64,000 nucleotides of DNA from Selaginella moellendorffii (Eukaryota > Plantae > Lycopodiophyta): positions 294,029-358,028 of the forward strand of contig NW_003314306.1 of assembly GCF_000143415.4 (NCBI RefSeq). Reading direction: 5' to 3'. Each line of letters starts with the position of its first letter. Within the stretch, counting starts at the first letter, position 1. A model generated the notes under the pieces. It was not told the origin of the DNA and made no database searches. It was given only the letters and a program-made list of their open reading frames with translations. Both the position numbers and the translations under genes were made by a program. Below, in pieces: positions 1 through 12,385 of this stretch.

Positions 1-664
1 TATTGGGATTTTTGATTTCCTCTTTATTAAAGTGTACTCAATATGCTTTCAACTCGCTCTCTTTCGAATTTTTCTTTAACTTAGTTGAGCAATAATTTAT
101 TCTGTTCTAAAGGGAGGTTAAGATTACAAATATCACGAGCAAGTGCTTTGTAATCTCATTCTAGATCTTGTGAATACTTCTTTTCAAACTGTTTTCCGTT
201 CATTAAATTGTGAGGGAAATGTTATATATCTATTACCTTATTTAGTATGATAGTGACAATTTTATACATAAAGACTATGCCCTTTAAAGTTTTATAAGTA
301 AGATTAATTGTTAGTTTATGCCTATATATTTCAAAGTTTGTTAGCATTGTTACTATGGCAAGCCTAGTTATTATGCCTTGTTCATGAAGTGAGTGGTACA
401 AAGTTTTGGTATGTAATGTATTCTTCTTGTAAATTGAACTATTTGTCACTCTTAGAAGCAAACATTTAGCTTCCCAATCAATTTTAAAATAGGGATGGAT
501 TTCCTCTAAAGGCTAAATGTCTAAGACATTTTTTATATGAAAGTCCTAAAAAAATTTTGAGCAACAAATGTTGTTTTTCATAGAGTATTTATCTTGCTTA
601 GGTGTGGTCCACCTTAAGCTCTTTGGAAGTTTGTATTGAAAATGGCTCAAAGGAAAGTCACTAC

Positions 665-852
665 TGTTGGGGGAAGGAGGGGCGCCTCCCCCAACGCTCG
701 CTCAAACACGAGAAATGCTTCACTGCTCTTTGCAAAAATGCCCCCCCTCGCCCTTGTAAGGCAAGGGTTTTATACAAGGAAGATGGGGAATATTCTAAGG
801 ACCAGAATATTCCCTCTCTCTCTCTCACTCTCCCAATGGCCACGCCCTAACA
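665..852 (-). repeat. 3' LTR of element 665-8524
   Basis: Direct repeat of 8337-8524 with TG...CA termini. Confidence 0.95.
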
Positions 853-2240
853 TGCGACCACGGTGGATCGCGCTGGCTCCAGACGCGCAAGAACCCTCCG
901 AAGAGTGTAGAGTGTACCTCTGCTACTGATGCCAAGTGTTGGTAACTGCGTGAAATAGTAGAAACTCTAGAAAACAGGGTGGAAAAGAAAGAAAAGAGGT
1001 AGGTGTGAAGTTTGGAGACAGGGAGAAAACCCGGTGGGAAACTCTGTAGTCAAACTGGACCCTGAAGTTGAAGAAAAGTGTAGAAAAAGTGTGAAAAGAG
1101 GAGAAAAATAGAGGAAAAAGAACGTGAGTACCCAAAGAACTTAACCCGTACCTGGATTTCGGCTCAGGAAAGTGTAATATGCAAATGCAACCTCTTGATG
1201 ACTTCTGGTATGCTCCAAGGATTGGCCGAAATCAAGAAAGAAAGAGAGGTAGAAGAGGGGATGCGTTGCCCAAGGGTGGTAAGTGTGGAAATGATGAAAG
1301 ATGGAGTGATATGGTGGAGCGCCGAGATGGTGGTGGCACTCTGAAGTGGTAGCCATTGATAACCATTGGCCCGTAGAGTAAGCACTGACCACTCGGAGTA
1401 GCCGGTAACCGGTAGCCGGTAGCCGGGTACCTGTAACCTGTAACTGGTAACCACCTACTCTCGCTCCTACTCCTGCGCCAGCTCCAGCACCGATATGGTG
1501 GAGTGATATGGTGGAGCGCTGAGATGGTGGTGGCTCTCTGAGAAGGTGGCCAGGCTGATTTGTCGGACTGAAGAAGTCAGCAGCTGAAATGGACGGCATA
1601 GTCGCTGGGTTGCCGGTAAAGAGAGGTGGCATGTGTCCACTGAGTGCTGGAGCAGAAGAAAGTGGCTTCGGCTTCTGTGGCCTCGCCTAAAGATCCACCT
1701 AGGTGCCTTGAGTGAACAAGTTCACCTGGTTGGAAGAAAGTTGCTCCAGAAAAGCTAGTGCATCGTCGGCAAATGGTCATAAGGACATCCCGAAAATGGC
1801 ACGTCCAAATGAGGTGGTGTCTGTTGCTGCTGGTGTGCGTATGTGTGTCCGTGGTATGGTGTAAACGTAACCTCAAATGGAGATGTGAATGATGGTGAAA
1901 GAGTGAAAGATGCAAGACAGACATCTAGAGATAAGTGCTGGCAACGCTGTTGGGAGTGAGTGGTGATGGAACTGTGAGTGTAGATGATATGGAATGAGTG
2001 AGGGGAAATGTGTGGGGTGTATTAATGATAAAGGAAGGGCCAAAGAACTTGGAACATAGACCGAGCCAAGCGAGGAACCTCCATACAAACGGCAATGCAG
2101 CCTGAGCACGAAATCCAAGGCATGGGCCATTGTCCAATGGAGAAACATCCTCTGAAAGTAAGAGAAGTAGCCACGAAAGTAAAGTGAAAGAAAGGAAGAG
2201 AAAGAAAAAGAAAAAAAAAGAAAAAAAGAAGAGGAACACC

Positions 2241-5200
2241 TCACCGGATGAAGCGTTTGAGATGAGAGTGATTGTGAGCGTGTGGGAGCTCACGTCCATC
2301 AGCATCAACTAGCATATATGCTCCACCTCTGATGTGTCGCTGGACAAAGTAGGGGCCGGTCCAGCGAGGGGAGAACTTCGAAGGTGGCGTGAACTCCTTG
2401 AGTAGAACGAGATCGCCATCCTCGAATGGTTCGGCAGACCGATGGTGATCGATGACTGACTTGATCTTCTGCTTGCCTTGAAGGAGATGTTCAGTCATGG
2501 ATCGTCGCTGTTCTTCTAAGGCAAGAACCTCCAAGTCACGTGCATGAAACTTGTCCTCATCACTAAGCTGCATCGCTGCTGCGTATCGAAGTGAAAGTGA
2601 GAGTGATGGCACCTGGATCTCTACTGGAAGTACGGCCTCTGTCCCATAGACAAGGGAGAATAGGGTCACAGAGATGGATGTCTTGAAGGACGTCCAAAAG
2701 GCCCACAACGCCGTAACCAAGTGCTCGTGCCAACACCTTGGGTGATCCTCCACAAGCTTTGAGATGACTGTCTTCAATATCTTGTTGCTGGACTCCGCCT
2801 GGCCATTGCACTCAGGATAATAACTGCTGCTCTTCACATGCTTGACCTGCAACTGCTGGAGAAGATGCTGCATCACCTGTCTAAGAAAGCCGCTGCCGCG
2901 ATCAGAAAGCAAAACTGCGGGAACTCCAAATCGGCAAATTATGTACTCGTAGACAAACTTTGCTGTAGACTGTTGATCTGCTTGTCGCAAAGGGGTGGCC
3001 TCGACCCATTTTGTGAAATAGTCCGTTGCCACGATGATGTATCGCTGTCCTTTTGAGCTCGGTGGGTTGATCGGGCCAACGAAGTCAAGTCCCCACTGGA
3101 AAAAGGGACCCGGAGAAGTGATGATCTGGAAAGGAAGACGTGGAACATGGCTTCGGGGGTTGAACCGTTGGCACTGCTCACATGACTTTGCATAGGCCAA
3201 GCTGTCCTGGTGAATCCGAGGCCAAAAGTAGCCATGGCGCAAGAGGAGCTGCGCTGTAACCCGTCCCGAGAAATGCCCCGCACAAGAGTGGAAAGCACGA
3301 AGGAGCTCAGGGACCTCGTGTTCCCCCACACACCGCAACAAAACTTCTTGAGAATTCCTCCTGTAAAGGTGTCCATGAAGAAGGCAAAACCCCCGTGCTC
3401 GGATCTCCAATGCCTTTTGTTGTACTGGTGAGGAATCTACTGGGAACTGACCTGAATCCAGGTACACCGCAACATCCTGTAATGTTGCTGGGACCACAAA
3501 GGAGGTAGCTTCAGCAACCAGGAACTCGCTTGGATCCATCACATGCTTCCGCTGCATGTGAAAAGTTGGTTGGAACTCTTGGATGGTCACAATCCAAGAT
3601 AAAGTACGAGGACTATGAACCGATTGCTGTAAAAGAAAGGTTAGCACAGTAAAACAGACATGGGAATGGATACGGGCTCCAGCAAGAAAGTGACGAAATC
3701 GTTCTGGTGGTTGGAATACCGGGGGCTCTACAGTAGGAAGTTCTGAACTCAAAGAGCTATAACTTGCATGCAGCACGTCCGATTGGCTTGATTCTTTTTG
3801 CTTGTTCTGTGTCTGGATGCAATCTCCCATCTCCAAGAAATGGCATGACAAAATACGCTTGGAGTTGTCAGCTACCACGATTTTAGTAGGAAGATGCTGG
3901 TTGTGTGACACCTCAGATAGTCGCTGAGGAGAATGGAGTTCAGTTGTGTCCTGTGAAAGATGGGCCTGGTATGGAGTGACTTTGTCATCTAGCTCCATAA
4001 GAGAAAGTCGGTCCCATGCAAGAAACGAGTCAAGAAGCTCTATCGAGAAACACTCTGGAAAGCTGGATGTAGCAGCCCGTACTCTATAAGCCCCGCCATC
4101 AAATAAAGAGGGCGTGGCTAAAGGCTCGGCCTTACTCACAAATAAAGAGAGTGAAGCTGAGAGATGTCTCGGGCTACTGGACTTGCCTCCAACTATGGCA
4201 ATCGCATTGCATGAGAAAGCATCCGTCATATAGATGGTCGACGCCACTGCCAACTCAGGAAAAACCTCTGTGAGCTCAGGAGGAAAGTATGGTGTGGAGG
4301 CCATCTTAGTCCGAGCTTGCTGGGCTTGCTGAGAAAGAGCTCTGCCGTGGTTGTTGAAAAAGGTGGCACTATGGGTTCCATCGCTAATTTCCAACTTGCC
4401 TTGTGCACTATCAATGGTGCAATGGGCTGTGACTTGCCATGAGCGGCCAAGGATGATAGAGTCCTTCAAAGAGGACGTTCCAAGACGTTGGTAGTCAACC
4501 ACGAGGAAATCCACCTCAGAAATAACACCCTGCACAGAGACCTTGACACCATAGCAAATTCCCGCTGGAGGAACGGTATGGTTGGCAAAGGTTTTGAGCA
4601 TGATGGAGGAGCTCTCAGTGATCTGTACCTGTGCTGAAAGGGTAGCTTTGAGAGAGATAGTGTTGCTTCCAGAACCGGAGTCAACCAAAGCATCCATCCT
4701 ACAAGAGGAAGTACCAATCTGCACCGGGACGAAGAACGGACCAGGATCTCCTCCATATCTTGTCATATCGACAATGTGCACCTCTTGAGAAGTCCTCTTG
4801 AGAGTGCTCTCTGGTGGTCCTGACCGTGCAAACTCCTCCAAACGCTGGCCGAATCCCGGGATAAGACACAACTTGTCTCGGAGCAAAAAGGTGACGGGAG
4901 TGTCAACCAGCTGTTGAAGAACCGGCTCCAGAACAGGAATAGCTGTTGGTGGGATCCCAGGAGGAGAAGAGAGTAGTGATTTGAAGGGGAGCTTACAAGC
5001 CACCCTCTGTGTCACTGGGCCTGATGCCAATGGAGATTCGCTCTCAACCGGCACTGGGGGATCTGTGGCAGGCTGAGCGGCTACCTTCTTCTTCGCTTGG
5101 GCTCGAGTAGCTGCGGTTTGCTGCTGTTGCCTATAGAGTTCCTCGGCTACCAAAATCGTGTTGACTGATGAGGCTGGTGCCTTGCCTTTGCTTGACGAAG

Positions 5201-5479
5201 GGGCGGCCTCAATTGCTTGTCGCTCCAACTGCTCCTGATATGTCTCTGGACCTCGAGACGATGTGGAATTATCAGAAAAGGGATGTTGTTGGACACGTTG
5301 AGAAGATGGAGGCCGAAGCTCTGGGTGAAGCTTGAAGCAGCGCTGTATGTTGTGTGTGTTCGTTTTGCAATGAGTGCACCAACGGGACTTAAATCTACGT
5401 TCCCGAGTTGTAGCGGCCTCTTTCCTGGATTCCACCAGCTCCTGGAGCAGTTTGTCATGGTGTGATTGTTGTTGAAGAA
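2241..5479 (-). CDS. Gag C-terminus (zinc knuckle), aspartic protease, RNase H tail and integrase; RT absent
   Basis: WCTHCKTNTHNIQRC knuckle; ALVDSGSG and IILGRSW protease motifs; RTLSWIVTIQEF RNase H end; H..AGH...CEQC zinc finger; WGLDFVGP / SDRGSGF / NGQAESSNK DDE motifs; PRWTGPY. No YxDD motif. Confidence 0.88.
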
Positions 5480-6317
5480 TGTAGCGCACCTGAATTTGGA
5501 GCCGAACTCCAAGCTCGTTGCGCTACAAAACGAGGGTCTGGTACAATCCCACGAGCACTAGCTCCCCGTATCCAGCACCTGCATGCAAAATGGTGTCAGA
5601 CGGAGTCTGGCACAATTTTGGCATACCGGTGGCCTAACGTGAGGAGGAGGGTACTCCACCGACTAGAGCAGTGTGGAGCTTGGGCTTAGACCCAAGCCGG
5701 ACGCAGAACAAGGAGCGACACAGCCCAGCAGGAGCCAAACTAATGTCTCAGGTGGTCGGACATGCATTCCAACCACTATCCCTACTATACATTTGGAACC
5801 CCCCACAGCCCCCCCCCCCCCCCCCCTTGAGGGACACACGCTTTGGGCTTTCACCCCAAGCCTCCTTTAGTACAAGGAGTTAGTCTCTGGGACAAGTCCG
5901 AGACTTACTAAATATGGAATGTCCTTAGATTGCGAATTTGGACACGGGACGAACACCATTGTGTTCAGGCCGATCTCTACATTCCGTAGATATGCCAAAT
6001 GAGCTAATCTAGACACTTTCCATAAATAGCATTTGGGACCAAAATGAGACCAACACAAAAGGTATGATAGCGAGGGTGTTTGGCAGACACGGTAAGCTAT
6101 CATCTAGCGAATATTGAGGGACTAGTCTCAATACGCGAGGGTTCTTGCCAAGCCAGTGCAAGACAGAGCAAAAGAGAACTAACAAGCCGGGCCAAGTATG
6201 CTTGGCTAAATAGACACTTAGGAATTCCTTCCTTATGCTCATCCGGCCAAGTACAGATGCTAAGTCTAGTTTACTAACACTTGGACAAGAGGGGCCAATA
6301 AAGGGAACCAGCAGTAC
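5480..6317 (-). mobile_element. Solo or truncated LTR inserted into gag; related to the LTRs at 40522 and 47188
   Basis: Starts TGTAGCGCAC (cf. TGTAGCACA). Long shared stretches, e.g. GGTGGCCTAACG...GGGCTTAGACCCAAGCC...AATAGCATTTGGGACC. The other end appears truncated and no TSD was found. Confidence 0.8.
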
Positions 6318-6999
6318 CTTCTCCTTCAACTGCCGCATCTCATTGGCAAAGTTCTCAAGAGCCGGAGGTGTATGTTCAATAGTGACAGGCTTTGATGTGG
6401 ACGGGCGAATAGCGGCACAAGGTGACTCTGACGGGATGATGGCTTGGTCAAAATCAACTCTAGCAATCCCCAAGTCGACCAGAAGCTCTCTTTCCAGCTT
6501 TGTGGCAAACGAAAATGCCTCACGGCAAGACCTGAAAGTCTTCTTAAGAGCTACAAGTTCCCATGCAGACCTGCTGTGAATGCTGTGATCCCCTGTTGCT
6601 CATCTTGGACTACTCTGCGATCCCAACACTGCTTCCAGTAAGCTCGAAAGCGTGTGATGTAGTCAGGAACAGTCTCGTGAGCACCCTGTCGGAACGAAAA
6701 GAGGTCGACAAGTAGCCGATTTGTGGGTTTTTCTTCAACGAAGCGTTCTCTGAAAGAAGCAAGTAGTGTCTGGAAGTCTGTCCGGTCCTCTGGGAGGAGA
6801 GAATCTGCCCAAGTTGCTGCTTTGCCTTCGAGAGACTGCAGGAAGTCGCGGCACATACGATCATGTTTGTGGTGCAGTAGTAATCAAAGCGACTAATATG
6901 CGATGTTGGAGAGACTGTTCCAACACCTGAGAAGACTGGCAGATCACTCCCCTTCTGCAGAACATGGAGCTGAGGTCAAGCTAAGGGTGGCTGCGCCAT
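6318..6999 (-). pseudogene. Gag N-terminal/capsid region (Retrotrans_gag-like), disrupted
   Basis: LEGKAATWADSL...FRERF...LFSFRQGAHETVPDYITRF, with stops and frameshifts. Reading EMRQLKEK joins ILQQQSHH once the 5480-6317 insert is removed. Confidence 0.8.
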
Positions 7000-7254
7000 A
7001 GCTCGTAAATCTAAGTCACTGGAATCTGTTGAGGAGGAAGAGGACTCGGCCCGAGAAGGTGCAATGTCATACCTAAGCTGCCTTTGGATGTTGGAAAGTT
7101 TACTCCGTACCTTAGGGCCTTGAGGTATGGTGAAAGGGTGCCAATTTGTCGTACGTCTAGTTTGTACCGGCATCAAATACCCTGAACACTGTAAATGCTT
7201 GGTCAAGGCAACTGGGTTGACAGGAGCAAGAAGACTATAGGCTAGTGCTCAAGT

Positions 7255-7560
7255 TGCTCACGTAACCATTGACCCGTAGGATAACCGCCGGAGTAGCCAC
7301 TGAAGTAGCCGCTGGAGGAGCCACTGGAGTAGCCGGTAGAGGAGCCACTGGAGTAGCCGGTAATCAGGGTAGCCGCTGGAGCAGCCACTAGAGTAGCCGC
7401 TGGAGTAGCCACTGGAGTAGCCGGTAACCGGTAACCGGGGTAGCCGCTGGAGCAGCCACTGGAGTAGCCGCGGGAGTAGCCGGTAGCCGATAACCGGGGA
7501 CTTGTGACCTGTAACCGGTAACCCCTACTCTCGCTCCTACCCCTGCACTTGCTCCTGCTG
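7255..7560. repeat. 12-bp-unit GGAGTAGCC(A/G)CT tandem array in the 5' UTR of element 1
   Basis: Visible repeats; a shorter related copy lies at about 1361-1490. Confidence 0.8.
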
Positions 7561-8317
7561 TTCCTGTTCCTACGGTTACCTGTTCCTTGAAGATTGCTTC
7601 GTTCCCAAGGAACCCCCGACAAAGGTTAACCCAAAAGAGAAAAATGAGTCCTCTAGTCTTGATCCTTCTCCATTTTGACTGTCGGTGGGCTCGTTGGCAA
7701 GGGCTCAGCCCCGTCTCCCCTCTATTGTAGGAATGTGGGAAGAAGCCGCCTCAATATCCCCTGAAATCCACGAAGAGGTAGCCTAGAACGCCAACATTGT
7801 GGAAAAACATGTGCATGTCTGTGATGTAGATCGATACTAAGGCACCGTTGGTATTTTTGGAAAGCCTAGGACCAGGAGCACCTCTAGAACTAAACAGTAG
7901 CCAAAACAAAGCCCGGAGGAACACGAATTCCTACTACAAAGATGACCCAACTTGGCCGGAGAAGAAAATCCTTTTACATGCCGTTAATTTGCCCAAATTT
8001 AGTGCCAAGAACTACCACTACTCATAGATCTAGGCCAGATCTACAAGCCCAAATGCACTACCTTGAGAAATTTGGCCGAGGATCCAGGCGAGAAAGTGAA
8101 AACCCCAAAATGCTCATCCGACCGAGCCAAGAAACGTTGTATCTCTTCAAATATTGCACGGCTTGATGAGCGCCATACCTTGCTGGAAAGAGGAGCTCCA
8201 GACCTATCTAACACACTCAAGATCAAAGAAAACCACCGCAAGATGAACAAGGAATTCCTTCCCAAACTCTGCGGCCAAAAGAAAAAAGAGAAATGACGCT
8301 TCAGAAAGTCTTGCACG

Positions 8318-8334
8318 TCACGCCGGGTTCACCA
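8318..8334 (-). promoter_or_regulatory. Primer-binding site complementary to the tRNA-Trp 3' end
   Basis: Minus strand TGGTGAACCCGGCGTGA, 2 nt inside the 5' LTR; nearly identical to the tRNA-Trp-type PBS TGGTGA(A/C)CCCGACGTGA. Confidence 0.8.
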
Positions 8335-8336
8335 TT

Positions 8337-8524
8337 TGTTGGAGGAAGGAGGGGCACCTCCCCCAACGCTCGCTCAAACACGAGAAATGCTTCACTGCTC
8401 TCTGCAAAAATGCCCCCCCTCGCCCTTGTGAGGCAAGGGTTTTATACAAGGAAGATGGGGAATATTTTGAGGACCAGAATATTCCCTCTCTCTCTCTCAC
8501 TCTCCCGGTGGCCACGCCCTAACA
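8337..8524 (-). repeat. 5' LTR of element 665-8524
   Basis: Direct repeat of 665-852, followed on the minus strand by the PBS. Confidence 0.95.
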
Positions 8525-9591
8525 CTACTACTTGTACTTGGCCCCCCAGCATTTCATATCAATCTCCACCTCCATCCCCAAACTCTACCAACATTCCATA
8601 TTCACCTCCATATAACAATCCTTTTTCTGTTGAGGGCTCTAATGAAGTTGAACTAGAGCTCCCTATATATGAAATTTCAGATCTTGCTACTAGAGAGGGA
8701 TTGCCTCAAGTACTTCAAAAGCAATGCCATATGTTTTTGTAAGATCTTACTCCTAATATGGTAGAACTACTTAAAAGCACAAAATGCTATTACATTCAAT
8801 ATCCAATATACTACTTTTTTTTGGACAAGACAAATGGCTTTATAAGTTTACAAACATTTTTTGAGCATTGTAGCAATTGCCTAATGTACATGTGGATATA
8901 CAATAGATTCAAAAATGAGTTACAAACCCATACCCATTATTCCTTCATGGTAAGGAACAACATCCCCTTGTAAAACATTACATCAGCTAGTGTAAAATAT
9001 AGGGTTTTTAGGCCACCCTATAATGGAATGTAAGATCTAGAATTACTTTACTATACTATAGTATTATCACTTTTAAAAGAAAAAATATAATAAAATGATA
9101 TTAGTTGCAGGTAACATACTTTGTTCTAGAAGGTGTTATTATATTATATACAATTGTTTACAAGATGTTGAAAGAGGAGATGGCAACACACAAGTGCTAC
9201 AAAGTGATGGTGCCATGTGAAAATGATAATTTGCAATTATGATATCTAACATTATCATTGAACATTTGACACTTTCACTGACATATGACACTTTCACTAA
9301 CATTTGACACTTTTATTAATATCTGACACTTTCATAGACATTTGACATGTAACAAATTTTTCATTTTATATAAGGATGCAATTAACTTTCTTTTGCCTTA
9401 TAATTAACATATTGATTTCTTTTATGCTTCCTCCTATACTGGTATTGTGGGGAAGATTCACCTTGTATATGTTGAGCCAAGGCTTCTACATAGTCGGGGG
9501 AGACTTCCAAAGCCTTCAATTCTAAAAACTCTACATGACTGTGATTTATAAAATAAAACTAAACATATATTGAAATTTTAATAAATATAAT

Positions 9592-10304
9592 TTACCTCTT
9601 TGAGGTTGGAGGCAACTCACGAAATCCTTTGAGCTGGCATTTGAAAAAATTATGTTCTTCAATAGCAAACACTAACCTATCAGAGTCACGTGTTGCCTCC
9701 ACCATAGAACCGCTACCTATTGTGCAATCAATCACAACACTATCTAGTGGGTAATAGAGCTCAAGTAAGACTTGCATCGCCGATGGAGTTCAAAATCAGT
9801 ACCCTGGAAACGTGTTGTAGATCTGCTCATCCATAAGATTGGGTATAATATTAGTGGAATTGTTGTACCTAGGCAAAAAATATGTTGCATGTTCACTATC
9901 ACAAAACCCATCATATGTGTTTCTGCAAAAGGCATGATAGGTCCACATCATAACTTGGAAAATAAAAAAGTTTCGAAATTAGATAAAAATATAAAATATA
10001 TACTCACCTTTTCAGGCTTCCCTTGGATGCCCCTAGTATTGACACTAATAGGATCCATAATGCACCTAGAAGAGAATGACTTGAAATGAGCTTTTGTTAC
10101 ACACATCATAAGCTCATACATTCAGTTAAGGTCATTCAGTAAGATAAAGGTGACATAGCTAGCTTCGAGCATAAGTGCTTCAGACAAGAGGAATGTATCG
10201 CACATGTGGTAAGGTGTGAGAAAGTTCCAATCCTCAACTTTCCCATTGATATTTGAAAAACTGTTTGGAAAGTCGAAGAGAATAAAGTCTGCAACTGGGA
10301 GCAA
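9592..10304 (-). pseudogene. Decayed beta-class DNA amino-(N6A/N4C)-methyltransferase-like gene with introns
   Basis: ADFILFDFPN (motif IV-like, cf. DLIxxDPPY) lies upstream of TPSAMQVLLELYYPLDSVVIDCTIGSGSMVEATRDSDRLVFAIE (motifs X/I/II, cf. KP..L..LI...GD.VLDPFxGSG....A....R..IGIE). AT-rich introns near 9950-10007 and below 9594. Two in-frame TGA stops. Confidence 0.7.
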
Positions 10305-11499
10305 GGGCCTTTGTATTTTTCAGCATCAACAATTAAATTAGCACCATATATTTATGTTGTTGTTGTTTTCCGTGAAAGACGTAAAAAATTTACTGTAGGA
10401 GCCAATGAAAACACCTACAATGCCTCATTGTGTTATTGGGGAAATAGGATGGAACTATAGAAGAGCTAAGTGAATAAAAAAAACAATGAATAATATGCTA
10501 CCGTCATATGGCATATTATCGATAAGAGTGCCTCCAACTTTTCTTCACGAGCATTTCATCGAGCTGGATTGAAATTACTACTAATAGTCACTGTTGCAAA
10601 AAATATGTATTACCACCTTTAGTTTGTAAAATTCACTTTTGCTTACCTTAAGGTCAATGTGATATTTTGTGAACCACTTAATCATTGTTATTTACTAGTG
10701 GAACCTAATCTGGATCTTGGTTGTTTGATGGTTGGACTAGAACCTAATCTTGGCTATTTAGTGGTGGAATGTGAACTTGATTTAAAGCTTCCTCATCCTC
10801 GTCTCCATCATCACTTGCATTGCTATCATTACTAGCATTGACAACTTTTTACTAGTATAGTGTAGGGGTCTTCTTTCCTAAGAGCTCCAACTCCCAAGGG
10901 CATTCTATCTTCCATGCCTTTGGAATTCTTGCAAACATTGTTGGGTACATTCCTCCATCCCTTACACCCTTTTGTAACAAGTCAAGTGCAAACTGGTGCC
11001 TCAAATGGCATGGTTCTATATCGAAAATACTTGTAAACGATATATATTTAAAAAAAGTCTTAGAAATCATGTTATACCTATAAGTTGTATGTCACATGAA
11101 ATAAGGCTAACTATGTTGGCAATCATAAGTTGTTGTGTTTATAGACTTCTTTGGCAGCCACCCCTCTTTGATGCCTTCCAATGATGTGTTGATGTAGATG
11201 TCGAAAGACATGAATGTGCCATCTGAATCGTCACAAATATGCAGTGCCAAGAACTTCTCACCTTTACTTATAGTTTACATGATGTAGACAACCCTTCTTA
11301 TCATATTTTCAAATAGTTTTGGCAGTCCTTTCTTTTTGTTCATCAAGTGTTTGGTGAACTGTTTTTTCCCTTGTCCACATAACACTCTCTTGGAAGCACT
11401 TGTCCACCATATTGTTAAGAAAGTTTGCAACTCTTTCAACTCCAGGTTGTTCCTTAAGTTCCCTATCGTGAACATCACTAGATTGCCCAACTTTAGGGA

Positions 11500-11672
11500 T
11501 TTGTGCTGGTGGTGGGCCAATGAGGAGTAAAGGTGGAGGTAGCAGTGGTAATGGTGGGGGTGGTAATGGTGGTAGTAGGGCTAGAGGTAATAATGGTAGT
11601 GGTGGTGGCAATAGTAGCAATGGTAGTGGTGGAGGTGGTGATGGCAAAGGCGATGGTGGTAAAGGTGGTGGA
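11500..11672. repeat. GGT/GGC-rich low-complexity tract (poly-Pro on the minus strand)
   Basis: Degenerate (GGT)n runs; probably part of the decayed minus-strand gene upstream of the MTase. Confidence 0.6.
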
Positions 11673-12159
11673 TCTTTAAGAAATTGTGTCTTTGTTGATG
11701 TGCCAATGGATATATCAATTGTAATATCATCATTAATGTTAAATTAAACTTTTTGTATCTTTTTGGTTTGAACAACCATTTTAGGTGGTACAATTTTCTT
11801 TTTTTGCAAAAAAAGAAATTTTGTTAGTCAAACTAAACAAAGATAATAAGAAAATCAAATAGTCAAATAAAACAAAAATAAATCAAGTGGGCCCAAAATC
11901 AACTTCAGGCATTTTGGCTACTATGGGGGCTAAGGTTATTTGAATAACCTCGTCTAACCCGAGCTCAACCTTAGGCACTTTGGCCACCCAAAGGGTTGAG
12001 GTTATTCAAATAACTTTGGCCTCTAAAGCGGCCAGAGTGCCCACAGTCAAGCTCGGCTCAGCGACAGAAGCTAATAGAAGCAAGAAGAAAAATCATGGAA
12101 ACAATCAAATAAAAACTCACTATTGGTGGCATTTTTCCTTCTTGATCTCTCGATTGTGC

Positions 12160-12385
12160 TGAATCTCTCACACTCTCAATCTCAACTCATGTTCACACTT
12201 GTGCCCTCGATCTCCCACACTCTTCCGCACTCAATCTCTCCCACTTGCATGCTCAATCTCCTGCACTCACGTGCTCCACACTCAATCTCTTGATCTTTTG
12301 TGCACTCAATCACTCAATCTCTTGTATGTTTAATCCCTCGATCTCCTTCATGCTCAATCCCTTGATCTCTTGCATGCTCTACTCA
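12160..12385. repeat. Degenerate CTCAATCTC tandem repeats, followed by TAACCC repeats (12421-12455)
   Basis: Directly visible short repeats. Confidence 0.6.

Larger units (their letters stand above)
665..8524 (-). mobile_element. Ty3/gypsy non-chromovirus LTR retrotransposon, non-autonomous (no RT)
   Basis: 188-bp LTRs at 665-852 and 8337-8524 (TGTT...AACA, about 8 mismatches counted). 4-bp TSD CTAC at 661-664 and 8525-8528. PBS next to the right LTR. gag, protease and integrase on the minus strand. Confidence 0.93.
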
